A stretch of 64,000 nucleotides of DNA from Candidatus Poribacteria bacterium (lineage in GTDB: Bacteria; Poribacteria; WGA-4E; PCPOR2b), in NCBI GenBank assembly GCA_965205075.1, contig OZ242036.1, positions 5,822,599 through 5,886,598 on the forward strand. The letters are read 5' to 3'. Shown in pieces: positions 46,348-54,848 of the stretch (the stretch's first letter is position 1; each line of letters starts with the position of its first letter). A program made the position numbers and the translations under genes. Under the pieces are notes generated by a model. That model did not search any database, was not told the DNA's origin, and saw nothing but the letters and a program-made list of their open reading frames with translations.

Positions 46348-46543
46348 TTCCTCACCCGTCAAGTTTTTGTCGCAAAAGCTGGTTGACCATCTGTGGGTTG
46401 GCTTTGCCTCTCGTGGCTTTCATCACTTGACCGACGAGGAAACCGATTGCCTTCTGCTTCCCATCTCGATAATCTTGTGCCGGACCTGGGTTTTCTTCGA
46501 TGGCCTGATCGACGATTGACTCAATGGCAGACGCGTCGGAAAT
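46348..46543. repeat. Direct repeat copy A (duplicate of the gatB 3' end)
   Basis: 196 bp with 4 mismatches relative to 47075-47270, offset 727 bp. Confidence 0.9.
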
Positions 46544-46666
46544 ATGATCAAGCTGCACCTGAAGTTGGAGGAGATCAAATGGATTGATAACCCGCTTATC
46601 CAAATCAATGACAATGTCGGGCTTTAAGAGCTCTTCCAAACGATCGGTCTGTTTAGCTTTCGACAT
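46352..46666 (-). CDS. Chimeric small ORF: novel ~40-aa N-terminus fused to a copy of the last ~62 aa of GatB (possible gene remnant)
   Basis: The C-terminal [63 protein letters not shown] is identical to the GatB C-terminus. Its ATG lies 5 nt after the stop of the upstream ORF. Confidence 0.4.
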   Translation of the reverse strand: MSKAKQTDRLEELLKPDIVIDLDKRVINPFDLLQLQVQLDHISDASAIESIVDQAIEENPGPAQDYRDGKQKAIGFLVGQVMKATRGKANPQMVNQLLRQKLDG

Positions 46667-46671
46667 TGTAG

Positions 46672-47064
46672 CTATTCCTCCGTAAATTGAGTGAAACCGT
46701 AATAAATCCCATCTATGACTACACCAACTTCACCCTGATTAGTTTCCCGTCCTAAACGCATCAAAAACGCTTTAAGTTCTAATAAAGCAAATTCGGTTAA
46801 GTCGTTAGGATCCGCAAACGAAAGAACCATTACAGTGGTCTCAAAAAGGAGCTGTTCGCCGCGTGCATCATCGCGCCACACACCTTTACCGGGTGGGAAA
46901 GCAGTGCCTCCTCGAAAGAGCCGACCAACAACGCTCAAGCTTTCATCAACCCAGTGCACCTGATCAATTTCATGTCCTTCCTGATCTTTACTGGGAATAA
47001 AAAGAATGACTTGAGAACTACCAGACGGTGTGTCTGCCTGCAAAATGTTGGCAATCTCAGCCAT
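46672..47064 (-). CDS. Hypothetical protein (130 aa) located between the two gatB-tail repeats
   Basis: Its ATG lies 14 nt after the gatB stop. No family recognised. Confidence 0.5.
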   Translation of the reverse strand: MAEIANILQADTPSGSSQVILFIPSKDQEGHEIDQVHWVDESLSVVGRLFRGGTAFPPGKGVWRDDARGEQLLFETTVMVLSFADPNDLTEFALLELKAFLMRLGRETNQGEVGVVIDGIYYGFTQFTEE

Positions 47065-47074
47065 TGTTTGTTAG

Positions 47075-47270
47075 TTCCTCACCCGTCAAGTTTTTGTCGC
47101 AAAAGTTGGTTGACCATCTGTGGGTTGGCTTTGCCTCTCGTGGCTTTCATCACTTGACCGACGAGGAAACCGATTGCCTTCTGCTTCCCATCTCGATAAT
47201 CTTGTGCCGGACCTGGGTTTTCTTCGATGGCCTGATCGACGATTGATTCGATGGCAGATGCGTCGGAAAT
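47075..47270. repeat. Direct repeat copy B (authentic gatB 3' end)
   Basis: See copy A. Weaker similarity continues for about 15 nt beyond the stop codons. Confidence 0.9.
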
Positions 47271-48524
47271 CTGCGAAAGCCCTTTCTCTTCAACGATTTG
47301 CTTAGGACTTTTGCCGGTTTCAAAGACATCGGGTAGGACAGATTTAGCAATTTTACCGCTGATTGTCTGATCTTTAATTAGTTGAATCAGTTCGCTGAGG
47401 TGAGCGGGTGTTACTTTAGCAGCCTGAATCTCTATCCCTGCATTGTTCAACAGCCCTGACAAGTCACCCATGATCCAGTTACTGCTCGACTTTGGATCAC
47501 TGCTGAGGCGTGCTGTTTCATCGAAAAAGTCTGCTATCTGTCGTGTGGCGGTGAGAAATTCTGCATCGTAGATAGGAATATCGTACTCTTCTACAAAACG
47601 TTTGCGGCGCTCGGCGGGTAGTTCCGGCAACGATGCTCGAATACGTTCAACTTCTGCTCCATCTACCTCAAAAGGAACAAGGTCCGGTTCAGGAAAGTAG
47701 CGATAATCGTGAGCTTCTTCTTTGCTACGCATGGGTGCTGTCCTGCCGGTGTTGATGTCAAACAGTACAGTTTCTTGGACAACTTCCTCCCCCTGATCAA
47801 GAATCCGTGCTTGACGCTGCTCCTCGTATTCCAAGGCGGTCAACACATGCTGAAATGAATTTTTATTTTTTAATTCCGTTCGTGTTCCTAGTTCTTCACT
47901 GCCAACTGGACGCAGGGAGATATTCGCATCACATCGGAAACTTCCCTCCTCCATGTTACAATCGCTGATTTCGACATACTCTAGAATTTCTTTGACGGCA
48001 CGCCAGTAGGCAATTGCTTCTGCGGGGGTGCGGAGATCCGGTTCACTAACAATCTCTAACAACGGCACGCATGAACGATTGAAGTCTACATAGCTCTGAT
48101 TTGGATTTCCTGTCACATCCGCATGGACTAACTTTCCGGCATCCTCCTCTAAGTGGATACGATTAATGCGAACACGCTTCGTTTCGCCATCCAATTCATA
48201 ATCGGCATAACCGTCGTAGGCGAGGGGTAGATCATACTGTGAGATCTGGTAACCTTTGGGTAAATCTGGATAGAAGTAATTTTTCCGATCGAACTTGCTG
48301 TAAGACGCTATTTTGCAGTTCAGGCCTAGAGCGGCACGGATTGAAAACTCGATCGCCCGCTGATTCATCACAGGCAGCACACCCGGCATCCCCAAACAGA
48401 TTGGACAGGTTTGCGTGTTTGCCTCGGATCCAAACTTCACCTCACAGTTGCAAAAGAGTTTACTGTTTGTCGATAATTCAGCATGAATCTCCAAACCGAT
48501 AACGGTTTCGTATTTATATGCCAT
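47079..48524 (-). CDS. gatB: Asp-tRNA(Asn)/Glu-tRNA(Gln) amidotransferase subunit B
   Basis: 481 aa. YETVIGLEIHAEL, CPICLGMPGVLP, RIHLEEDAGK, SFRCDANISLR and the C-terminal GatB/YqeY domain. Confidence 0.95.
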   Translation of the reverse strand: MAYKYETVIGLEIHAELSTNSKLFCNCEVKFGSEANTQTCPICLGMPGVLPVMNQRAIEFSIRAALGLNCKIASYSKFDRKNYFYPDLPKGYQISQYDLPLAYDGYADYELDGETKRVRINRIHLEEDAGKLVHADVTGNPNQSYVDFNRSCVPLLEIVSEPDLRTPAEAIAYWRAVKEILEYVEISDCNMEEGSFRCDANISLRPVGSEELGTRTELKNKNSFQHVLTALEYEEQRQARILDQGEEVVQETVLFDINTGRTAPMRSKEEAHDYRYFPEPDLVPFEVDGAEVERIRASLPELPAERRKRFVEEYDIPIYDAEFLTATRQIADFFDETARLSSDPKSSSNWIMGDLSGLLNNAGIEIQAAKVTPAHLSELIQLIKDQTISGKIAKSVLPDVFETGKSPKQIVEEKGLSQISDASAIESIVDQAIEENPGPAQDYRDGKQKAIGFLVGQVMKATRGKANPQMVNQLLRQKLDG

Positions 48525-48567
48525 GTTTTCTCCTCAATCGGGATGTCGATTGAAAAACCGATTGATA

Positions 48568-49758
48568 TTAAATCATCTTTCTTGTCAACCATCTTCGCGT
48601 ATTCAAAGGTTTAGGGCGCGCATTTGGTTTAGGGTATTGCCAGAGTTGGAAGTAAAGCACTGTGCCAATCAGCGATCCGGTTTCGCCGACAGTTCCGAGA
48701 ACTTGTTGCGCTTGAACAGTATCACCCCGTTTTACAGTTGTACCTGACAGATGCGCATAAAGAGAGGTGTATCCATTCCCGTGCAGAACAACAACTGTGT
48801 TGCCATAACCTATGATTGATTCGACAGTTGCGACAATACCATCTGCAACACACCGCACGGGTGTACCCTTTTTCGCTTGAATAGTAATACCACGGTCAGT
48901 GGGTATCTGGTTTGGGACAACCACTCCGACAACGGGCCAAGGAAGTTTGCCAAACGACGCTGGTCGGATGCTTTTAATCGTCTGCGCTTGCTCTTCAAGA
49001 TGTGCATCGCTGATAATTCCGAGGCGCTCTCCTAACTGTGCAACAGCAGCGTTTAACTCCTTTAACGCTTGGTTATGAGTTCCCTTCTCTGTCCGGTACT
49101 TATGGAGAAGTTGTTGACGCTTCCGTTCTTGAGTGAGCAGGAGTAAGCGTTCGGCCTGTTTCGCTTTCTCTGCTTCCTTTGCTAATTGGATTAGGTGAAC
49201 AATTTCGGTGGACTTTTCTGCGATTTCTTCCTGTCGAAGTTGTATCTCTTTTAGCATATCTTGATCTGCTTCAGCGATAACCCCCATATACTTATACTTT
49301 TCCACAAGATCTTGCATATCCTGAGCACCAAGCAATATCTTCAAAAAGTGCTCATCTTCCTTATTGTAACCTAGCTTATAAATCGCACGAATCCGTATTA
49401 TAGCCCGTTTCTTTTGTTCCTTGTCTTGAGAGAGCAACTCCCCCAACTCTCTCTGAAGTTCCGCAGCTTCAAGTGTATGATTTTCAATCTCTTGCTGATA
49501 CCGGGCGAGCTCTTTTTCGTTGGCGGCTAACTTGGATTCAATCTCCTGTAATTTCTGTAAGACCCCTTGTTCCTTTTGGATAATCGTGTTTCTTTGTTCT
49601 TCGAGGCTGCGCTTTTCCTCCTTTTTCTGTTCATGTTCCTGCTGCCACTGTTCCGTCTGCTCCGGCGTTTGGGCTAAGAGTAGTACGGGAGCCTGAAGGA
49701 GAATCGCAGCAATAATGTAGACAAAGGGACTTAAAATCTTCAAACCAAATAGTTTCAA
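48568..49758 (-). CDS. M23-family peptidoglycan metalloendopeptidase / EnvC-like murein hydrolase activator
   Basis: Signal or anchor sequence, a long coiled coil (Q/E/K-rich), then the LytM domain GYGNTVVVLHGNGYTSLYAHLS...GDTV...LGTVGETGS. Confidence 0.85.
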   Translation of the reverse strand: MKLFGLKILSPFVYIIAAILLQAPVLLLAQTPEQTEQWQQEHEQKKEEKRSLEEQRNTIIQKEQGVLQKLQEIESKLAANEKELARYQQEIENHTLEAAELQRELGELLSQDKEQKKRAIIRIRAIYKLGYNKEDEHFLKILLGAQDMQDLVEKYKYMGVIAEADQDMLKEIQLRQEEIAEKSTEIVHLIQLAKEAEKAKQAERLLLLTQERKRQQLLHKYRTEKGTHNQALKELNAAVAQLGERLGIISDAHLEEQAQTIKSIRPASFGKLPWPVVGVVVPNQIPTDRGITIQAKKGTPVRCVADGIVATVESIIGYGNTVVVLHGNGYTSLYAHLSGTTVKRGDTVQAQQVLGTVGETGSLIGTVLYFQLWQYPKPNARPKPLNTRRWLTRKMI

Positions 49759-49782
49759 GATGTGACTCCTTTAATTAGGGGC

Positions 49783-49896
49783 AGGACTTACGCACTCCAG
49801 ATTGTAGTTGCCCGATTCATCGGGCGTTGGTAACGGTGTCCGGCGGCGATTCATCGCCGAACTACAGGGCTTTGACCGCTCAACTGCGTAAGTCCT
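49783..49896. repeat. MITE-like palindromic element, copy 1 (114 nt)
   Basis: Terminal inverted repeats AGGACTTACGCA / TGCGTAAGTCCT. A nested stem TGTAGTT/AACTACA encloses twin hairpins GCCCGA-ttca-TCGGGC (49810-49825) and CGGCGA-ttca-TCGCCG (49844-49859). Confidence 0.65.
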
Positions 49897-50026
49897 ATAG
49901 GGAAAGATTTCCAAAGTTTCAGAAGGATGATATTTGTTTTATTGGATACTCCGATGCAAGGTCGAAGTCTATCCTTTATCGAGATTGCAGCAGTAGGGTT
50001 TGTCTAGGGATAAGCGGTGACCTAAG

Positions 50027-50788
50027 TTAATCAGCAAGTTCATTGACAATTGCAACGTTTTCTTCGACTTCGCGCTGGCTGACCATACCAATTGTCATTG
50101 CGTGAACGCAAGGCAGCCCCATGACAAATTCGATGCCTTTCCTAGGACCATCTTCTTCAGCTAACTTGCTCTGTCCGAGCACCTTCATGCCGTAGATGCC
50201 TTTGCCAAATGCTGCCATCTGTTCCATGGTCCGGATGACATCAGCGGGTGATGCATCCATGTGGACTCCAGTGTAGTTAATCCGGGCTAACACAGCTTCG
50301 ACCCATTTGGTCATGGCAGCTGTTTGGAATGCGCCATAATCGTGGCACGAAACGCCATGTGCACGTATGAGCCCCTGTTCTTTGCACCGCATTAACGCTT
50401 CCATTGCGTCCGGATAGCGCGTGGGCCAATCGAATTCGGTGAGACAGTGCAGCAATACAATATCGACGTAGTCCGATCCAATCTCCTTCAAAAATCGTTT
50501 GACATCATTTTCAACCGATTCCCTAGTGCGAGAAGTCGTTTTTGATGTGATAACGACTGAAGATCGATCCAATCCCTTGAGGGCTTCCTTGATATAGGAG
50601 TGGCTACCGTATTGGTCCGCAGAATCCCAAAACGTCACACCTTGATCATGAGCAAAATGGAGCAGGTCAACCAAACCTTTCAATCCCAATGCCGTCTGAT
50701 CCGATTTTCCACCCCAACCGTGCGTGCCTGTTCCAATCGAAAGCCGCGAGACCCGCAATCCTGTTCTACCAAAATCTACAATTTGCAT
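50027..50788 (-). CDS. Aldo/keto reductase
   Basis: 253 aa. GRTGLRVSRLSIGTG...FWDSADQYG is the typical AKR start. Confidence 0.8.
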   Translation of the reverse strand: MQIVDFGRTGLRVSRLSIGTGTHGWGGKSDQTALGLKGLVDLLHFAHDQGVTFWDSADQYGSHSYIKEALKGLDRSSVVITSKTTSRTRESVENDVKRFLKEIGSDYVDIVLLHCLTEFDWPTRYPDAMEALMRCKEQGLIRAHGVSCHDYGAFQTAAMTKWVEAVLARINYTGVHMDASPADVIRTMEQMAAFGKGIYGMKVLGQSKLAEEDGPRKGIEFVMGLPCVHAMTIGMVSQREVEENVAIVNELAD

Positions 50789-50899
50789 TGAATAACTCCT
50801 TTGGGTTAAAGGTGATTATACCAGTCTGTGATTGATTTTATCTGTGTGGACAGTATATCACACGACATTGGTCAGGTCAACCCTATTCACATAGGACTT

Positions 50900-52156
50900 T
50901 AGGGCAATCGCATGTGAGTTTTTAGAATAGTGTAGCCAAAACAGTCGTTAAGTAGTCGGTGTCCCACGCGGCTTTCAATCGCTTGGTGGCAACCCCGACC
51001 TTGGCTGATTTTTCTCCCTTGAGCAGGTTGAGTGCAATCCGCCGGAGTATGGCGAAGTTTTGACTGCCATTTTCTTTGCGAATGCGACACCCATCTTCAT
51101 CAAAAGCAACATCTAACACCCAATGACAACAGTTTTCAATCGACCAATGGGTTCGGATAGCCGCAAGCAATTGGGTGGCATCTGTCGATAACGAGGAGAT
51201 ATAATATCGGGATTTCACCGTCGTCTGTCCATTATGTTCCCGCTCGGCAGTGACTTTAACCACTGAACTGAGATTGGCAAAGGTTTGACTGCCTCTGAGG
51301 GGTTCAATCAAAGCCGGGTCAGAAACGCTGATAGCGGTTCGGGTCTCAATCCGACCATGGTCGCCATCAACGGTCTGAGCAGTGTTGGTCTGCACATCGG
51401 GTAACCGATTATCGGCAATGCCATCAAACAACAGTTCGGCATCTTCGTACAGTTGCCCTTGATTCGCTTTCAATGCGAGCACATAATCCGCATCACCATC
51501 GACGATCTGTTGAGCAATCTGTGGGTGACACCCCATTGCATCGGTGGTCACAATACAACCTGAGAGCGTCAACAACTCCAGCAGTTGCGGTATGGCGGGT
51601 ATCTCATTGGAATGGTCAGCGACTTTCAGTTGTCCCAATGTCACCGATTGGGAGGACGCCCACGCACTGACAAGCCGAATCGCACTTTGGTCGGTCGCAG
51701 TATCATAAGACCGACGTAGGTGTTTACCATCAACAGCAACCACTTGACCGTCTGTCACTTGTATAACCTGTTTTAGCCAATTGATGAAACAGTGCTCAAA
51801 CTGAACCGAGTCAAGTAAACCAAACACCCGACTAAAGGTGTCGTGCGATGGGATACCGTGAGCTAATTTCAATACCTTAGACAGCCACTGCGATTTCGCA
51901 TGACCAAACGATTCAACCGCCACCCAGCTATCGGCACCACAGATGACCGCACAGATGGCTATCACAACCATATCCAGCAGTTTATGACGTATCCGACTCT
52001 TATCTGTTCGAGGGTCGGGTAATTCGGAAAAATGGGATTCAATTGAAGTAATGGATTTATCAGACATGTCTGCGACTCCTTTGCTTTGAGGATACCTTAT
52101 ACATTACCTCAATTTACCCCATTGTCAAACACTATTTTTTATATGCGATTCCCCTA
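50900..52156 (-). mobile_element. ISAs1-family insertion sequence (~1.26 kb) with ~10-bp target-site duplication
   Basis: Imperfect terminal IRs are TAGGGCAATCGCAT (50900-50913) and the reverse complement of ATGCGATTCCCCTA (52143-52156). They are flanked by the direct repeat CATAGGACTT at 50890-50899 and 52157-52166. Confidence 0.75.
50922..52067 (-). CDS. ISAs1-family (H-repeat-associated) DDE transposase
   Basis: FSELPDPRTDKSRIRHKLLDMVVIAICAVICGADSWVAVESFG...GIPSHDTFSRVF is the hallmark ISAs1 N-terminus. The full length of 381 aa is intact. Confidence 0.85.
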   Translation of the reverse strand: MSDKSITSIESHFSELPDPRTDKSRIRHKLLDMVVIAICAVICGADSWVAVESFGHAKSQWLSKVLKLAHGIPSHDTFSRVFGLLDSVQFEHCFINWLKQVIQVTDGQVVAVDGKHLRRSYDTATDQSAIRLVSAWASSQSVTLGQLKVADHSNEIPAIPQLLELLTLSGCIVTTDAMGCHPQIAQQIVDGDADYVLALKANQGQLYEDAELLFDGIADNRLPDVQTNTAQTVDGDHGRIETRTAISVSDPALIEPLRGSQTFANLSSVVKVTAEREHNGQTTVKSRYYISSLSTDATQLLAAIRTHWSIENCCHWVLDVAFDEDGCRIRKENGSQNFAILRRIALNLLKGEKSAKVGVATKRLKAAWDTDYLTTVLATLF

Positions 52157-52159
52157 CAT

Positions 52160-52336
52160 AGGACTTACACAGCCAAACGGTTAAAGCAAACACCAGAAAC
52201 GGTCGCGCAACACGCCGGGCTGGTTGAGCCAGGACTATAGCGCAATAGTCCTGGTATCTTCGGCGATTCATCGCCGCTGGATACCGTTCCCAACGCCCGA
52301 TGAATCGGGCAACTATAATCGAAGTGCGTAAGTCCT
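52160..52336. repeat. MITE-like element, copy 2 (177 nt, inverted relative to copy 1, with an extra internal hairpin)
   Basis: Terminal repeats AGGACTTACACA / TGCGTAAGTCCT. The reverse complement of 52261-52336 aligns with 49783-49858 with few mismatches. An extra 10-bp hairpin CCAGGACTAT/ATAGTCCTGG lies at 52229-52254. Confidence 0.65.
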
Positions 52337-52528
52337 GTCACAGAAATCCGCAACTAGTGCCAAATCGAGCCGGAATTGCTAACTTCTATTTTTTTAACGT
52401 ATCGTTCAAATTTCTAGTTACCTACATTTTTTCTGTGAGAAACTTCTTGACAAATACTCTCCGTAGGTTTATAATCTCTTTAAGACCGAAAATGAGAATG
52501 AGTCTCAGTTTCAAAAAAGGAGGAAGCA

Positions 52529-53170
52529 ATGAGTCAAGACACTGTGACCACTGAGATACGCTCTGTTCCGACCGATCAGAGTTTCCCTGTTACAGAAGCA
52601 ATCCGATCTCGCCGAACAATTTTTCAATTTAAGCCGGGCCCAGTGCCCCAAGATGTTCTCGAAGAGATTCTTGAGGCAGGTATCTGGAGTCCCAATCATC
52701 ACCTAACCGAGCCGTGGCGATTCACTGTTATTGGTGAAAAAACGAAGTTAATTCTTGCTGAACGGTATAGTGAAATTCAGATTGAAAAAATTACGTCCAA
52801 CCCGAAAGCAGCTGCAGCTGCAGATGAAGCAACCCTTGCTAGGGCAGGAGAGGCAGGCTTCAAAAAGTTCACCTCCAAGCCCACAATTGTAGCGGTTTCG
52901 TGCGTCCAAGACGGAGACGAACAACGCAAGCGCGAAGACTACGCGGCAACCTGCTGCGCTATGCTGAACATTCAACTAGCTGGTTGGGAGCGAGGGGTCG
53001 GGATGCAGTGGAGCACCGGCGCAATAACGCTGGAACAGAATACTTACGATCTGCTCGGTATTGATTCCAATCAGGAATATATCATCGGATTTTATTATAT
53101 GGGCTATCCGGCTGAAGTACCAACGCTTGAGCGAAAACCCGTGACTGAGCAAGTCCGATGGACAGATTGA
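52529..53170 (+). CDS. Nitroreductase-family protein
   Basis: AIRSRRTIFQFKPGPVPQDVLEEILEAGIWSPNHHLTEPWRF is the classic nitroreductase N-terminus. RBS AAAGGAGGAAG. Confidence 0.85.
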   Translation: MSQDTVTTEIRSVPTDQSFPVTEAIRSRRTIFQFKPGPVPQDVLEEILEAGIWSPNHHLTEPWRFTVIGEKTKLILAERYSEIQIEKITSNPKAAAAADEATLARAGEAGFKKFTSKPTIVAVSCVQDGDEQRKREDYAATCCAMLNIQLAGWERGVGMQWSTGAITLEQNTYDLLGIDSNQEYIIGFYYMGYPAEVPTLERKPVTEQVRWTD

Positions 53171-53240
53171 AGAACTGATGAACTAACCTGCAATGAAATG
53201 AAACTCATCTGCTCCGACAACACGGGCTTATTCCGAATGC

Positions 53241-54284
53241 CTACCGCCGAATCCTAACGCTACCCGCCTGCATTGCGCTTTCAGCTTCTTCGACCGTTGC
53301 CCAGTTGAAATCACCGGGGAAGGTATGCGCAAGCGCGGAGTAGCCGCCACCGAAATCAACCGCTTCTTGGAGTGATTTGCCGTTGAGTAGACTATAGATC
53401 AATCCTGCGGAGAAACTATCGCCGCCGCCGACACGATCGACAAGTTCGAGATTTTCGTAGATACGCGATAGGTAGAAATCCGATCCATCATACAGGAGCG
53501 TGCGCCAATCGTTCAACCAACCGGTTTTTGCGTCACGCAGGGTGGTGCCAATCATTTCGATAGTGGGGAATGCCTCGCAAACCCGTTGTGCGACCTCTTT
53601 ATAACTTTCTGGGTCAAGTTGGCTGAAGCTTTCAGTTGTGCCCTCCGCTTTGAAGCCGAGTGCCATCTCAAAATCCTCTTCATTGCCGATGAGCACACAG
53701 ACATGATTCATCATCTCACGATTCGCAGCCTGTGCTTGTTCTGCGCTCCACAACTTTGATCGGAAGTTTAGATCATAACTGGTCTTTACGTCTGCCGCGC
53801 GGGCTGCTTGAAGCGCCTCTTTTGCCACCACCGCTGCGGAATCGGATAGTGCGGGAGTAATGCCGCTCAGATGGAACCAACGGGCACCGTCAAAAATCTG
53901 CGACCAATTAATTTCGCCGGGTTGGATATTTGAGATTGCTGAATAACCACGGTCATAGGTTACGCTACTAGCGCGAGGTCCCGCGCTCAATTCAACATGA
54001 TAGAAACCGTTCCGTTCTAGCCCGACACCGTCAAACGGTGTCCACACAATATGAGACGTATTGACACCTAACTCACGTCCTTTGTTAGCGATGAATTTTC
54101 CCGACCAGTTATCAACCAAGCGCGAGACCCATGCTGTGCGTAGTCCTAACTGCGCCCCATTGACTGCGACATTTAGCTCCGCTCCGCCGGCGTCCATCAA
54201 TAGGGTTGACGACCCTTCAAGCCGCCTAAACTCGGGCGAAGTGAGTCGTACCATCGCTTCGCCAAATGTAACTAAATCGTACAT
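53241..54284 (-). CDS. PfkB-family sugar kinase (2-keto-3-deoxygluconate-kinase-like)
   Basis: Start moved to MYDLVTFGEAMVRL (ATG 54284, RBS GAAGGAGG). The C-terminus has VDRVGGGDSFSAGLIY (the PfkB DTxGAGD-type motif). Confidence 0.8.
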   Translation of the reverse strand: MYDLVTFGEAMVRLTSPEFRRLEGSSTLLMDAGGAELNVAVNGAQLGLRTAWVSRLVDNWSGKFIANKGRELGVNTSHIVWTPFDGVGLERNGFYHVELSAGPRASSVTYDRGYSAISNIQPGEINWSQIFDGARWFHLSGITPALSDSAAVVAKEALQAARAADVKTSYDLNFRSKLWSAEQAQAANREMMNHVCVLIGNEEDFEMALGFKAEGTTESFSQLDPESYKEVAQRVCEAFPTIEMIGTTLRDAKTGWLNDWRTLLYDGSDFYLSRIYENLELVDRVGGGDSFSAGLIYSLLNGKSLQEAVDFGGGYSALAHTFPGDFNWATVEEAESAMQAGSVRIRR

Positions 54285-54351
54285 ATCAACCTCCTTCGTG
54301 GAGCCCACTTCGATGAAATCGGGCTGAACCCTAATTGTATGATGTATCTGA

Positions 54352-54648
54352 TTATGCGTTCGTAGATTCACTGATCTGCTGATTTTCCTCATCGTTTTGC
54401 TCTACTTTTGCTTGATATTCGTGGTGTAGTTGTTTAATACAGCTGCCGCAAAAACAGTAGACCCTGCTATAACCGCCGACCTCCTTCTCTAGCAGCGCAT
54501 CCATCGGAAATTCCTCATGACAGAGTGCACATTCCTCAAGTTCAACGCCGGGATCGGCTTCTTCTCTCGCTCTCCGTCTCGAAATAACCTGCAGAACAAT
54601 CCAGATGGCCAGCGGTATACAGATAATCCAGATGATGAAAAATAGCAT
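54352..54648 (-). CDS. Small membrane-anchored protein with Cys-pair (zinc-ribbon-like) motif
   Basis: 98 aa. N-terminal TM segment, then CALCHEEF...CFCGSC. Confidence 0.4.
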   Translation of the reverse strand: MLFFIIWIICIPLAIWIVLQVISRRRAREEADPGVELEECALCHEEFPMDALLEKEVGGYSRVYCFCGSCIKQLHHEYQAKVEQNDEENQQISESTNA

Positions 54649-54710
54649 AATCAGTTAGCCTGTCCAAAATAAAATTACACCAAACGCTCATGTTAAGAAA
54701 TCTTGCAACC

Positions 54711-54742
54711 GAAACCGAGTTTTTTCTTCAAAACTCGGTTTC
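54711..54742 (-). terminator. Perfect 13-bp hairpin between the Ldh_2-family gene and the small ORF (candidate terminator)
   Basis: GAAACCGAGTTTT-ttcttc-AAAACTCGGTTTC. The T-rich tract lies on the plus-strand side, so the direction of action is ambiguous. Confidence 0.4.
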
Positions 54743-54848
54743 TCTTTGCGTTTTGCACCGTCTTTTTTTGGTCTAGTAAGCCGCTCTTCCTAGCCTGACC
54801 ACACCAATGAATAATGGTTTTCACGTTTCACGCATCACGTTTCGCGCC

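Noticed and set aside
46313-47246. Two near-identical plus-strand ORFs (46313-46519 and 47028-47246).
   Set aside because: They are shadow ORFs antisense to the duplicated gatB tail. Their identity simply reflects the 196-bp direct repeat.
49783-52336. A composite transposon made of the two MITE-like copies carrying the aldo-keto reductase.
   Set aside because: The flanking copies encode no transposase. The only transposase belongs to an independent IS with its own inverted repeats and target duplication. I could not see a target duplication outside the pair.
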